64,000 nt of DNA from an uncultured virus (IMG/VR IMGVR_UViG_3300042545_002012) (lineage: Duplodnaviria > Heunggongvirae > Uroviricota > Caudoviricetes), in IMG/VR virus record IMGVR_UViG_3300042545_002012; one strand, written 5' to 3'. Position numbers and translations under genes: made by a program. Shown one piece after another: positions 37,371 through 47,318 of this stretch. The notes under the pieces are model-generated. The model did no database searches and had not been told where the DNA came from. It was given only the letters and a program-made list of their open reading frames with translations. Each line of letters opens with the position of its first letter. Within the stretch, counting starts at the first letter, position 1.

Positions 37371-37898
37371 CTAAAAGCTAACTGCTTCTAGTTGCACCTT
37401 AGCCCAATCTTTTAGACTAAGGGGGTACACTTCATTCATGTACCAGTTTTCGTCATTTTCCGCTTTGTCGCGGAGGTTGACATTGTGCTTTGCTTCGTAC
37501 AAAGCCTCATAGTCAACCCATTCAGATTGAACAGGTGCGGGGGCGGGTGCAGCGATCTCAGGGAAGTACTTTTCCATCAGTTGATGGAAATCCTGATTGT
37601 GGTATATCCACGACTCCAAGAATCTCTCAACCTTGGAAGTCCATCCGTATTTTTGAAATACGGGAAGAAAAGCCTGAAAGTAGGGGAAGTCGATCCACTT
37701 ACTTACATAGTCACTGTCTGCCACCTGATCAGGGATCGTGGCAGATTTCTGCCACGAAAACAGGGCTACTAGCGCCCATGCTGTTTTCTCGTCAACATCG
37801 TGATGTTTCACGATGTCACGGACAGCCGACGCGTTTCTTGTGTAGCCAGCACCGCCATCGCTAGTGCTTTCACTGTTGCCTGCGTGAATCCATCCCAT
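37371..37898 (-). CDS. Hypothetical protein
   Basis: 175-aa ORF below TTGACA at 38004-38009 (minus). Confidence 0.6.
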   Translation of the reverse strand: MGWIHAGNSESTSDGGAGYTRNASAVRDIVKHHDVDEKTAWALVALFSWQKSATIPDQVADSDYVSKWIDFPYFQAFLPVFQKYGWTSKVERFLESWIYHNQDFHQLMEKYFPEIAAPAPAPVQSEWVDYEALYEAKHNVNLRDKAENDENWYMNEVYPLSLKDWAKVQLEAVSF

Positions 37899-38064
37899 TT
37901 CTTTCTCTCAGCCCCTCTTTAACTGAGTACCGCTATCAGGTTGCGGCGTTTGCGGGTGTGTTGTATCCTGATGTAAATCAATATACTACACACTAATATT
38001 ATTTGTCAAGTACTATTTTTGTGATGTGCGATAATTAATCAAAATCCTCTTCCTAGGCTCATTC

Positions 38065-38799
38065 ATGGCTGTTGGCGACTTAACACTCGTATATTTTGGG
38101 CGTAGCTACACATTTACTTTTAGTGGTAGCGCCATAACTCCACTACTGCAAGTATTTGCGGTTAATGACATCGTGCGCTTTACTACCACAGGCACATTGC
38201 CAACTGGATTAGCGCTAAATACTAGCTATTATGTGGTCAGTGTAGGCGCAACGATTACCGTATCAGCTACGCAGGGGGGAAGCGCAATAAGCTTAAGCGG
38301 TGGAAGTGGTACGCACTCGATCCGCGTTTATCTGAGTGTTGTATTCAGGAATTTTAGTTCTGATTCTCCCCCGCCCCGCCAAAGTTCTCGGTTATCAGGA
38401 AATGGGACTTTTAGCGTAAACGGAAATTTCATCGATACGGGCATTAGTTTTGAAGATCCGCAACAATACAATATTCAAGCAAAAGTTAGTATCGCTGATT
38501 CACTAAAGTTAAGCGCAATGTGGTCTACAGCTAATAATATAAGGCGTGAAGCTCAGACTCTAACAGGTTCACCATACTTAGAATTAACTGATGAGATTAC
38601 ACTTTATTTTGAAGAGGGGAAAACATCGTCAACTAAAACGCGTTCATCTGTTGGCATTCCATTCCAGCGAAACGGCGGGGTAAATTATTACCCTAAGTTA
38701 CAGGTAAAAATGCCTATTGAGCCAACGTTTAGCCCTGACACGGGGGTTGGTAATGTGATGGCAGTGTTTGAGTTGCAAGAGACAGGGGTGAAGATATGA
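38065..38799 (+). CDS. Tail/baseplate (distal tail-like) protein
   Basis: F.TTGTLPTGL..NT.YYV insertion module; C-terminal FELQE; first gene of the tail-tip block. Confidence 0.55.
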   Translation: MAVGDLTLVYFGRSYTFTFSGSAITPLLQVFAVNDIVRFTTTGTLPTGLALNTSYYVVSVGATITVSATQGGSAISLSGGSGTHSIRVYLSVVFRNFSSDSPPPRQSSRLSGNGTFSVNGNFIDTGISFEDPQQYNIQAKVSIADSLKLSAMWSTANNIRREAQTLTGSPYLELTDEITLYFEEGKTSSTKTRSSVGIPFQRNGGVNYYPKLQVKMPIEPTFSPDTGVGNVMAVFELQETGVKI

Positions 38800-39638
38800 T
38801 CGCACCTAATAGCATTATTAACGGTGATTGCTTAGAGGTAATGAAGGATATAGACGATCGCTCTATTGACTGTATAATCGCAGATCTGCCTTATGGAATC
38901 ACCGCTTGCAAGTGGGATTTAGTCATTCCCTTCGATCTCCTATGGGAGCAATACAAGCGAATCATTAAACCTAATGGCGCGATCGCCTTGTTTGGTTCGC
39001 AACCGTTTACCAGTGCGCTTGTGATGAGTAATCCTAAGTGGTTTAAGTATGAGTGGATTTGGGAGAAAAACAAAGGCTCTAATTTTGCTTCTATTAAATA
39101 CCAACCAATAAAAGCCCATGAAAATGTATTGATTTTTGGCTCAGGTAGAGTTAATTATTATCCAATTAGGGAAAATAGATCGCCGCTAAGTTTAAAAAGA
39201 GATCCTATTGGAAACCAAAGAACAAAAAAGCCTAAACTTAGCGCTATAAAGTCGTCTCCACTAAACGGAATTTTTAAAATAGATTACACCTATTCTATTG
39301 ACGGGACTAGGAACCCTTTCTCATACCAAAGGTTTAGCTTAGATTACAGTTTTGATCACCCCACTCAAAAGCCCGTAGCCCTAATCGAATACCTAATCAA
39401 AACCTACACCCAAGAAGGTGAGCTAATCCTAGACAACACCGCAGGGAGTGGCACATTAGCGATCGCCGCAATCAACACCAACCGCCAATACATCTGCATT
39501 GAAAAAGACCTGCAATATTTTGAGGTAATGCGTAACAGGATTGCTAACCATGATCCGTTCGCACCTGTAAAAACTAAAAAACCAAAAGCAGCACCAAAAG
39601 GGCAGCTAACTTTATTTGATGGAGGGTTAGCTGTATGA
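38796..39638 (+). CDS. Amino (N6-adenine/N4-cytosine) DNA methyltransferase, beta class
   Basis: GDCLE, DLPYG, HPTQKPV.L and LDNTAGSGT. Confidence 0.92.
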   Translation: MIAPNSIINGDCLEVMKDIDDRSIDCIIADLPYGITACKWDLVIPFDLLWEQYKRIIKPNGAIALFGSQPFTSALVMSNPKWFKYEWIWEKNKGSNFASIKYQPIKAHENVLIFGSGRVNYYPIRENRSPLSLKRDPIGNQRTKKPKLSAIKSSPLNGIFKIDYTYSIDGTRNPFSYQRFSLDYSFDHPTQKPVALIEYLIKTYTQEGELILDNTAGSGTLAIAAINTNRQYICIEKDLQYFEVMRNRIANHDPFAPVKTKKPKAAPKGQLTLFDGGLAV

Positions 39639-41677
39639 CGATTAATCTAAGTTCTCGCAAATTCAGCTTAACGATTAACGGGATAGCCCGTACAGCCAAC
39701 GTAATTAATATCAACCTCTCACAAAACGAATTAGGCACTGAGGGCGTATTTGTTACGGGTGAGATTGAACTGCAAGCCAATTATAACGAAGTCACACAAT
39801 TTACTTATCTTGCATCACCCTCTATTGGGGCTAATTGGGCTAGGGGTGCTTCTGTAATTTACCAGATTGCTAATGATTCGGGAACACTGGTAAACCATCC
39901 ATTATCAGGAGGCGCGCTATATATCCTAAAAGAACCCGCGCCGCCCGACTCAAATTTTAGAATCAGAATACAAGTAGGCGATCAAGGTGCGCTGCTAAAT
40001 TACCGTACAGCAGACACCGATCCAAGTGCTGTAGTAGCAGGGGTAAGCACAGCGAGAAATACTGTGATAGAGCGATATTTAGCAGCTAGTGGTGCGACTT
40101 ACAGTATTAGCTCTATTCCTTATCCTTTCTCGTTTCCACAGCCAAAAACTGAAGGCAATAGCCTTGTCAGTGTAGCGGCGCAAATGGCGCGATCGGCTAA
40201 TCATATTTTGCATACCAATGCCAGTGGAACGATTGTCAACAAGGCGATTAACTTGACCGCAAGTGCGATCGCAACTTATCGAATCAGCGAAGATGAGCAG
40301 CTATTCGATCAAGTAGATAGCTCTGGAGTAGAAACACCTGTAGATCAATTAGTAATCGCTGGAATTTCCACAACAATTGATACAAGCTCTTACCCTAAAA
40401 CCAATGTAGCGATTAGCTATGGTAATGTTTTAAATCTTGAGGGTGCATTAGGTTTAGTAGATTATCGCTTTATTTCAAAGAGAACTACGATCACTGATTA
40501 CGGATGGGATGGCTCTCAAGAAAGAATTGTATCTTTTGTTGAAGCAACGACTTTATATAAAAACCACCTCAGCTTATTAAAGAATAATCAATCGGCTTTT
40601 TTGTTGCCATCAATTGAGACTACTACGATTAAGCGCTATGACAGCAAAAACCGATTAATTTACCAGAAAGAAGAAACAGACGCATTTCTAACAAGTAGTC
40701 AACTTTTTACGATTACCAGTGGCGCTTTTGGCGTTAATTTTAGTGTAAATCCGAATCCTGAATTTACAGCTACAAGGCAAGACGCGCAAGACATTATAAC
40801 TACTTATTCGTATGACGATCTTACTGATATTTTAGTCAGCAAAAGAACTGAAACTCGAAATTATATTGTTTCTGGAAACCAAAATTTTGTATATACAAAA
40901 TTAGCAAAAGTTGAATCTTGGAATAATGGTTTCTATAACGTTGAAAATTTCTTTCAACAAAATAGTATCGTTTTAAATTTTGGCTCTTTATCTACTCGAC
41001 AAACTAGATTTGATTTTACCGAGGGGGAATGGGCTAGTAGTGGTGGCGAAAGTACTTACAGTACCGATGGCTCGACTAAAGCACCTGCGACAATATACCG
41101 TAAACCATTTGAGTCGATAGAGACACAAATTAAAGCAACTTTAACAGCCCGTCCGTTTGCAGGTCAGAGCTTTTACTCACGCTCTAAACCTGTTGACGTG
41201 CCTTATTTAGAGAGCCAATTACAGGCAACTGAATACGGTAATACTTATCTGGCTTTACTCTATGGCAGGAAACAGGGCTTTGTATTTGGAACTGCTATTA
41301 GTAATACTCTGATAGCCTCACTTACCCCATTATCTAGAATAGACATATTGTGGAGAGGAGTGCGGTATCGATGCCTTTCTGATGGCGCGTCATGGTCACA
41401 CGACCAAACCCAATGCGCGATCGGTATGAGGTTAATCGTAATTAGCACTGCTCTTGAATCCGACCCGCCCGAAACGGTTTATCCTGTGGTAGTTGCTAGC
41501 GCTCTAATCCAGTTGGCTATTAGACAAGCTGGTAGGGTCGCCGTAAGGATTACTCAAGATCCCTTTATTGGTGGCAAAATAAGACAGTCAGGGCGCGTAA
41601 ATGTCTTTATTAGTGAGGGCATTAGAATACAGGCACGATTCCGACAAACAGCGACAGTAAACGTTACCTATACTTAA
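39635..41677 (+). CDS. Large minor tail (hub/tip) protein
   Basis: 680 aa, Thr/Ser-rich and beta-rich; within the tail-tip block. Confidence 0.55.
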   Translation: MTINLSSRKFSLTINGIARTANVININLSQNELGTEGVFVTGEIELQANYNEVTQFTYLASPSIGANWARGASVIYQIANDSGTLVNHPLSGGALYILKEPAPPDSNFRIRIQVGDQGALLNYRTADTDPSAVVAGVSTARNTVIERYLAASGATYSISSIPYPFSFPQPKTEGNSLVSVAAQMARSANHILHTNASGTIVNKAINLTASAIATYRISEDEQLFDQVDSSGVETPVDQLVIAGISTTIDTSSYPKTNVAISYGNVLNLEGALGLVDYRFISKRTTITDYGWDGSQERIVSFVEATTLYKNHLSLLKNNQSAFLLPSIETTTIKRYDSKNRLIYQKEETDAFLTSSQLFTITSGAFGVNFSVNPNPEFTATRQDAQDIITTYSYDDLTDILVSKRTETRNYIVSGNQNFVYTKLAKVESWNNGFYNVENFFQQNSIVLNFGSLSTRQTRFDFTEGEWASSGGESTYSTDGSTKAPATIYRKPFESIETQIKATLTARPFAGQSFYSRSKPVDVPYLESQLQATEYGNTYLALLYGRKQGFVFGTAISNTLIASLTPLSRIDILWRGVRYRCLSDGASWSHDQTQCAIGMRLIVISTALESDPPETVYPVVVASALIQLAIRQAGRVAVRITQDPFIGGKIRQSGRVNVFISEGIRIQARFRQTATVNVTYT

Positions 41678-41681
41678 AATT

Positions 41682-42086
41682 ATGGACTTTTCTACTTATG
41701 TGCGTAATGCGATCCTATCTTGGATTAAAGGGACAACTTTTCCTACGGCTCCTTCAAATTTCTATATCGCTTGGTATTCTAGCGATCCTGGACGGGCTGG
41801 AACTGGGGGAACTGATATTACTACCTCAGTTAGAGCCGCTGGACGTTTAGCGATCGCAGCTTCAGGGTGGACAGCTATTTCTGCTAGTGGTGATGCTAGG
41901 CTAATTGAAAATAGTGGCGGTTTAACAATTGGCTCGGCTGCTAGTACAATCTCTTCAACCCATATTGGTCTATGGGATGCGTCAAGCGGTGGTAATTTTA
42001 TTGCTCGTGCTGTTGCGCCTTATAGCTTTATTTCGGGTACAAGTTATTCGATCGCTATTGGTGATTTAGAATTTATCCTTGATTAA
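41682..42086 (+). CDS. Minor tail / tail-fibre-associated protein
   Basis: STY..N.IL....G..F...P...Y.A....DP...THIGLWDASSGGNF. Confidence 0.7.
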   Translation: MDFSTYVRNAILSWIKGTTFPTAPSNFYIAWYSSDPGRAGTGGTDITTSVRAAGRLAIAASGWTAISASGDARLIENSGGLTIGSAASTISSTHIGLWDASSGGNFIARAVAPYSFISGTSYSIAIGDLEFILD

Positions 42087-42088
42087 TT

Positions 42089-43066
42089 ATGCCCATCAAC
42101 GATCGCCTAAAAGAGTTGCTTTCAGTCAATCAAAATAAAAGATTAGCTGAAGAAAAAGCGCGGGAAAATCGGCGCGATAATCCTAAGATTTTGCGCCATA
42201 CCACTTATCAAGGCGATCGCAAAATCCAACAATTAGGCGACGAAATTATTGAGAATGGCGTTGTACTTAACAATCAAGCCGTGGAGATTGGTGATGTGAT
42301 GTTGCCACTAGCGCAAGGCAATGTTTTGCGACGAGTGGACAATACTAACGGCGGTGAATTGCTTGGCAGTGCGTACCGCAACGCAAAAGAAGAAGATCTA
42401 GATATTAACGGTAATCAATTTAGCGGTTCTGGTGTTCCTACAATCCCTACTGGTGGTGGAGGTGGGATTGGAAACGGCGGGGGGGGTGGGAAATTACCAA
42501 CTAAAAGCCCCGCCCCTTCTGGCTGTGAACAGCCGCCGCCACAATGCGTTTGGAGTCCAGATCCTTCGCCGCCTTTAGGATGGCAAAGTTACGGCAGTGT
42601 CACACTTGAAAGCGGTACATTAAATTTATATTGCCTAGCTGGAACGTCTGTTCCAAGCGATCTTAATTGCGAATTTTTGAGAAGATATTCATGCTCTGGT
42701 GGAGTCTGCCAAATTAACCCGCTTGGCATTTATAGCAGTAAGGCGGATTGTGAGTCGGCGTTAGTCTATACTCAAACCTGCACTGTAACCGTAAAAACAT
42801 TTACTACAGCCCCAGAATCACCGACTGGTATTGAAGTAACCAGCTTCACTTACACTAATGTCCTTATACCAATAGGTGATAGTTTTGGCATAGAAACTTA
42901 TGCCGATGGCACATCTTTTACTGGGTTTTCAAGCGCGGTAAAACTTAATGTAAGTGGATTGTATTATTTAGGAGACAACAGTTTTACTCCAACTAGAACT
43001 AGATGGAGCCAGCGAACCACTACTGTGGATCAAACCTGCACACTCGCGCCCCCTACTTGCCCTTAA
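42089..43066 (+). CDS. Putative tail-tip/receptor-binding protein with a Cys-rich C-terminus
   Basis: Gly/Pro linker, then YSCSGGVC...G.Y.S..DC..A. Confidence 0.5.
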   Translation: MPINDRLKELLSVNQNKRLAEEKARENRRDNPKILRHTTYQGDRKIQQLGDEIIENGVVLNNQAVEIGDVMLPLAQGNVLRRVDNTNGGELLGSAYRNAKEEDLDINGNQFSGSGVPTIPTGGGGGIGNGGGGGKLPTKSPAPSGCEQPPPQCVWSPDPSPPLGWQSYGSVTLESGTLNLYCLAGTSVPSDLNCEFLRRYSCSGGVCQINPLGIYSSKADCESALVYTQTCTVTVKTFTTAPESPTGIEVTSFTYTNVLIPIGDSFGIETYADGTSFTGFSSAVKLNVSGLYYLGDNSFTPTRTRWSQRTTTVDQTCTLAPPTCP

Positions 43067-43071
43067 AAATC

Positions 43072-43329
43072 ATGAACCAATTAAGACTCCAATTAAAGAC
43101 AAATGCAGCCCGTCGATTATCGCTAGAAAAACCTCAAGACAATAGTGTAGTAGTCTGCGAGGTGATAGGCTACGATATCGCAACAGCTAGTTTTAAGGGT
43201 AAAGCCCCCGATGGCTCGCTAAGATATTTCCGATTTATCGGTAATGCTGCTTTACCAATAGGATCGCAAGTGTCTGTAGTACTGCCAGATAAGGGACTAA
43301 TAGGATGGGTGGATACTAAGGCAAGATAA
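43072..43329 (+). CDS. Small tail protein (OB-fold-like)
   Basis: Last gene before the terminator at 43333-43360. Confidence 0.45.
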   Translation: MNQLRLQLKTNAARRLSLEKPQDNSVVVCEVIGYDIATASFKGKAPDGSLRYFRFIGNAALPIGSQVSVVLPDKGLIGWVDTKAR

Positions 43330-43364
43330 GAGAAGCGCTCTAAATTTAGAGCGCTTTTTTATTT

Positions 43365-43520
43365 CTATTTTTTCTCCACTCCCTTACCTAACGCACCCAT
43401 CCCGATAATGCTTAAGCCAAAAGCCCATGACGCATATTCAGGATAGATATTTTTCGAGATCGCTAGCTCGGATGCTCCAGCGACAACACCCAAAACAGTT
43501 AGCCATTGCGTGGTATTCAT
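43365..43520 (-). CDS. Small two-TM membrane protein, holin candidate (not in the ORF track)
   Basis: MNTTQWLTVLGVVAGASELAISKNIYPEYASWAFGLSIIGMGALGKGVEKK; AAGGA RBS. Confidence 0.5.
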   Translation of the reverse strand: MNTTQWLTVLGVVAGASELAISKNIYPEYASWAFGLSIIGMGALGKGVEKK

Positions 43521-43578
43521 TTGATTTTCCTTGAAAAAGTGTCATAATCATTCTAATACTTTCCCTATTGTTTCAATA

Positions 43579-44307
43579 ATGAAATCTTATATCGCTGTAG
43601 CTACATCGCAGCCACAATCGCAGCCCCAGCCTAATGGCTTACCATCACAAGGAATAGATCCTTTATTTATTTATATTGCTGGATTACTAACTACTGGTAT
43701 TGCGGGGTTAGGGGCGTTTTTGCTTAAGGCTGGCAACAGTGACGTGGTTTCGAGAACTATTGCTGCAAAGATTAATCAAAAACAAGCGGAGACTAATGCT
43801 GAGGTTGCCGAAAAGCTTACTGATATTAATATTGAGAAGCAGATAGAAGAGAGCCGCATAGATCAGGCGACCACTCTTGCAGAAATTGCAAAAGCAGGGG
43901 TAAATCATTCTGCTGACACAACTAATTATTTACTGAGATTAGCTGAAAATGCTATAAACACGTCGGCGACTAATTCCCAGTCTTTGCAGTCATTGGCTAA
44001 GGCTAACGAGTCGGTAAATAAAGCGCATGAGGATTTGATTAATGCCACTAGGCACAACACCGAGGCAATTCAAGCATTGGAACAAGCGATCGCTAGCATT
44101 CCCACAGAGACAGCTTCTATATTAGAAATTCATGCATCAGAATTGAGAATTGCTTTAAATAGTATTGATCGCAGGATTGAGGAAAGCAATCGCATTATTC
44201 AGCTAGCAGAAACCCGCATCATTGAGCAGTACACAGGTACGATTGCTCAGTTGCGGGTTGAGATAAAGGATTTAGAGAAAGTGATTAAGGGTCAACAGCT
44301 TGGCTAG
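43579..44307 (+). CDS. Membrane-anchored coiled-coil protein
   Basis: Single TM (LFIYIAGLLTTGIAGLGAFLL) followed by heptads. Confidence 0.6.
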   Translation: MKSYIAVATSQPQSQPQPNGLPSQGIDPLFIYIAGLLTTGIAGLGAFLLKAGNSDVVSRTIAAKINQKQAETNAEVAEKLTDINIEKQIEESRIDQATTLAEIAKAGVNHSADTTNYLLRLAENAINTSATNSQSLQSLAKANESVNKAHEDLINATRHNTEAIQALEQAIASIPTETASILEIHASELRIALNSIDRRIEESNRIIQLAETRIIEQYTGTIAQLRVEIKDLEKVIKGQQLG

Positions 44308-45265
44308 GATCGAGCTTACAGATTGCATCGTAAATCACTCGCTTAATTAGGTGTATAGCGCCTAAACCTTGTTGGATTGGTACTGATTCCCAAGCTTGCA
44401 GCATACGCATAATGCTTGTTAGCTCTGATAGGCGATCGCTGTCGGAACGGTCAAGATTATCTTCTAGGATGTCGATTTTATTGCAACGCTCTTCAATTAC
44501 CGCCAAAAGTCGTTCATTTTCTTGAGCAAAAGCTTTGTTGTTTTGATCGATAACATCACGTAGTTGGTCAATCCTTTCAGCCCTGCTATGGGCTATAGAC
44601 TTAGCATTTTCTAAAGCTTCTTGCAGTCTTTCAACTTCTTGATTTAGCTCTTGAACTGTTTTGACCCCACCTCTAAGGGCCGCATCTCTTCCGTCGATCT
44701 GGACTTTGAGATTGGAGATAGTGCGATCTTGTTCTTTGATCTGTGATTCTAATTTTTGGTTAGCAATATAAGGATCAAGGGTTACAGCTTTTAATTCTTC
44801 AATCGCGGCATCAGCAACAGTCAGATCGTTTTTGGCAGTGTCAAGATCGCTTTGCATCTCCTCAATTATGATCATTAGCCTTTCATTGCTAGCCATAATC
44901 GTTCTATTTCCACTCTTGAAAATCTCAAGATCATAATTGAGGGTTTCATTTTTTTGCCTCAACTCATCACACTCGTTCAAGGCTTGAGTGAGGCTGTTCT
45001 GTAGCGCGATTGTGGGATCGGGAATGGGGAGTAGGAATTGGGCAGGTCTAAACTGCGCTAACTCTATAAATTTACTAGCATTAGCCATCTTAGGAGATAG
45101 CCAAAATGCCTCCAAAGCAACGCTAGGATCATTGCTCTTTGATGCTGTAATTAATCCTGTTTGCTTAGATACTTCGTCATACATCCAGCCTATAACCTTC
45201 TCCCCTGCTTGAATCAAATTCCAAGCTTGATCGTAATCCGTACTGAGTTGATAATATTTATCCAT
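44285..45265 (-). CDS. Coiled-coil protein whose N-terminal domain is paralogous to 50931..51296
   Basis: YQLSTDYDQAWNLIQAGEK vs YELSRDYDRAWQLIQQGEK. Confidence 0.65.
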   Translation of the reverse strand: MDKYYQLSTDYDQAWNLIQAGEKVIGWMYDEVSKQTGLITASKSNDPSVALEAFWLSPKMANASKFIELAQFRPAQFLLPIPDPTIALQNSLTQALNECDELRQKNETLNYDLEIFKSGNRTIMASNERLMIIIEEMQSDLDTAKNDLTVADAAIEELKAVTLDPYIANQKLESQIKEQDRTISNLKVQIDGRDAALRGGVKTVQELNQEVERLQEALENAKSIAHSRAERIDQLRDVIDQNNKAFAQENERLLAVIEERCNKIDILEDNLDRSDSDRLSELTSIMRMLQAWESVPIQQGLGAIHLIKRVIYDAICKLDPSQAVDP

Positions 45266-45653
45266 TGTATTTATCATCCATAGTTTGTTTGTACCAAGTT
45301 CTGTCCAATCGCTCGACCATGCTTACCGCATAACAGCGACGCAACCACGCGATCTTAACTTCTCTCAATCTACGATCGCGACTCTCAATCTGCGATTCCA
45401 CAAACGCCGTATGCCATCGGCAAACAAAAGCGATGACGACTAGAGCGATTGGAATTAGAAGTAAATTAGTTGAGTTTTCCATTGTTTCCAAAAGTCCGTT
45501 TATCTTGCCTGTAAGTGCCATCGGGTAATAAATAATACTTGTAGTTAACGTCATCAAATTTGGGCGAAATAACGACTTTGTGAGGGTTGCGAACTTGCAT
45601 CAAAAGCTCAGTAAGTTCTTCTTTTAGTTTTGATGAAATATTTTGATTTAGCG

Positions 45654-47318
45654 TCATATTTTCCTTGCTTCTAATCCGTTTCTTCCAGCGTTACGAGTTT
45701 CCACATAGCCCTGCACCTCCAAATATTGCAGATAGCCTTGGACTTCAGCGATCGGTGTTTTGGCTACCTTAAACTCAGTGATTGATTGACTGATTAAATT
45801 ATCACGCACCCAATCGCGCCCATCCAAATAATTAATAATTGCTTTTAATGTTGGCGCGGTAATTTGCGATTTAGGGGTATCCACAATCTCGCTAGATTTA
45901 ACCGTGATTGTGTTGGATGGCTCTGCTAAATCATCAAGGGAGTAAACGGGATCTCCTTTGGTTAACTTTGCAAAGTCGCTAGGTTCGCAAAGTAAAGACT
46001 GTAAGCGATCGCCATTAAAAAATAGATCGCCACGTCCTAATAAATCGCGCCCATCATAGGACTGCTTACCAAGTAAACATTCTGTATCACCCTCTTCTAG
46101 TACCTTTAAAAGTACTCTAGCTGGCAAGTTAGAGCGAATCTTTTTATCGATTACATCAACAGCTTTTTGAGTGACAATACCTTCAGAGATTCCAGAAGCT
46201 CTAGCCATTTGACCTAATCTGATATTGATATTCATAATTTCAGCCCACATAGCCTTACCTTCTTTATCGTCGCCACAAGCTGACTTAAGATCGCCGTATT
46301 CATCATTCAAAAAGAAAATACGTGGCAATTGTTCTGACTTAGAAACTTTTGCATTGTATTGATCAATATTCTCAACCTTGTACTCTGCAAACATTTCATA
46401 GCGTCGCATCATTTCAGCGATCAACCAATTACCAACTAATATCACCTCTTCGGGTGTGTAAATAATTGGCACTAGCAAATTAGCGCAGTCTTCAAAAGCA
46501 AAAAATGATACTCGTTTAGGATCGCAAATCACTACTAATAATTCTTGAGGCGATCGCCCAATCAGTAGCGACAATAACAAGCTTTGTAACCAAACTGACT
46601 TACCCGATCCTGTAGTTCCAGCCGCTAAGATGTGGCAAGTCTCAGGATGCGATAAATCAATAGATACGAGCTTATTATTAATATCAACACCGATCGCCGC
46701 TTCTACTTTCTGGCTAGGTTTCCAATAATCAGAGAATCTAGCAATTTGGCGATCGCTCCGAGGTGTATCAATGGCGATCGCGCCTTTACTGATAGAGATA
46801 ATAGGCGGCGAATCTAGTGCTAACTCTAGGTGTAATTCCTTGCCAATTCCTAACACTTTGGATGCAGTGCAATTAGTAGGCTTTACCAATGTGCGAACGA
46901 ATGAGGGAGATTTTAACTCTCCAGCAAAATCACACTCTAGCTTTTGGTTATACAGCGCTCTTAGGATTGGATGCGATGGAACAGGCTTAGCTGATTCCAT
47001 CACAACTACATCACGCTTAGGCGGCGCGTAAGATACCGCTAAATGATTAGATAAGCCCTCATTGGCTCTATGAATTACGTTTGCATGATTCTCTGCTGCA
47101 TATCGCGATCTGAATTTTGATAAGTAAAAACAATTTACAGTTGAAACTAGCTGACCTAAAAAAATAGATCCCTTAGCAAAATCACTCGACTGAAAGGGGA
47201 TTGCTAAGGCAAGCACTAAGGCAGTGAAACTACACGCACGACTCCCATAAGACGAGTAGCGCTTAGAGTCTAGAACTAGCGCTACTTGCGATACATGGAA
47301 GTCTTTCGTTAAGTTCAT
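45654..47318 (-). CDS. FtsK/SpoIIIE-family DNA translocase with N-terminal TM segments
   Basis: HIL.AGTTGSGKS, DPKR, EMMRRY, DEYGDL, ARASGI, TQK and LLGRGDL. Confidence 0.9.
   Translation of the reverse strand: MNLTKDFHVSQVALVLDSKRYSSYGSRACSFTALVLALAIPFQSSDFAKGSIFLGQLVSTVNCFYLSKFRSRYAAENHANVIHRANEGLSNHLAVSYAPPKRDVVVMESAKPVPSHPILRALYNQKLECDFAGELKSPSFVRTLVKPTNCTASKVLGIGKELHLELALDSPPIISISKGAIAIDTPRSDRQIARFSDYWKPSQKVEAAIGVDINNKLVSIDLSHPETCHILAAGTTGSGKSVWLQSLLLSLLIGRSPQELLVVICDPKRVSFFAFEDCANLLVPIIYTPEEVILVGNWLIAEMMRRYEMFAEYKVENIDQYNAKVSKSEQLPRIFFLNDEYGDLKSACGDDKEGKAMWAEIMNINIRLGQMARASGISEGIVTQKAVDVIDKKIRSNLPARVLLKVLEEGDTECLLGKQSYDGRDLLGRGDLFFNGDRLQSLLCEPSDFAKLTKGDPVYSLDDLAEPSNTITVKSSEIVDTPKSQITAPTLKAIINYLDGRDWVRDNLISQSITEFKVAKTPIAEVQGYLQYLEVQGYVETRNAGRNGLEARKI

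Noticed and set aside
45654..47318. Host chromosomal ftsK marking a prophage boundary
   Set aside because: Too short, and embedded in an operon of phage/plasmid-type small genes with phage genes on both sides
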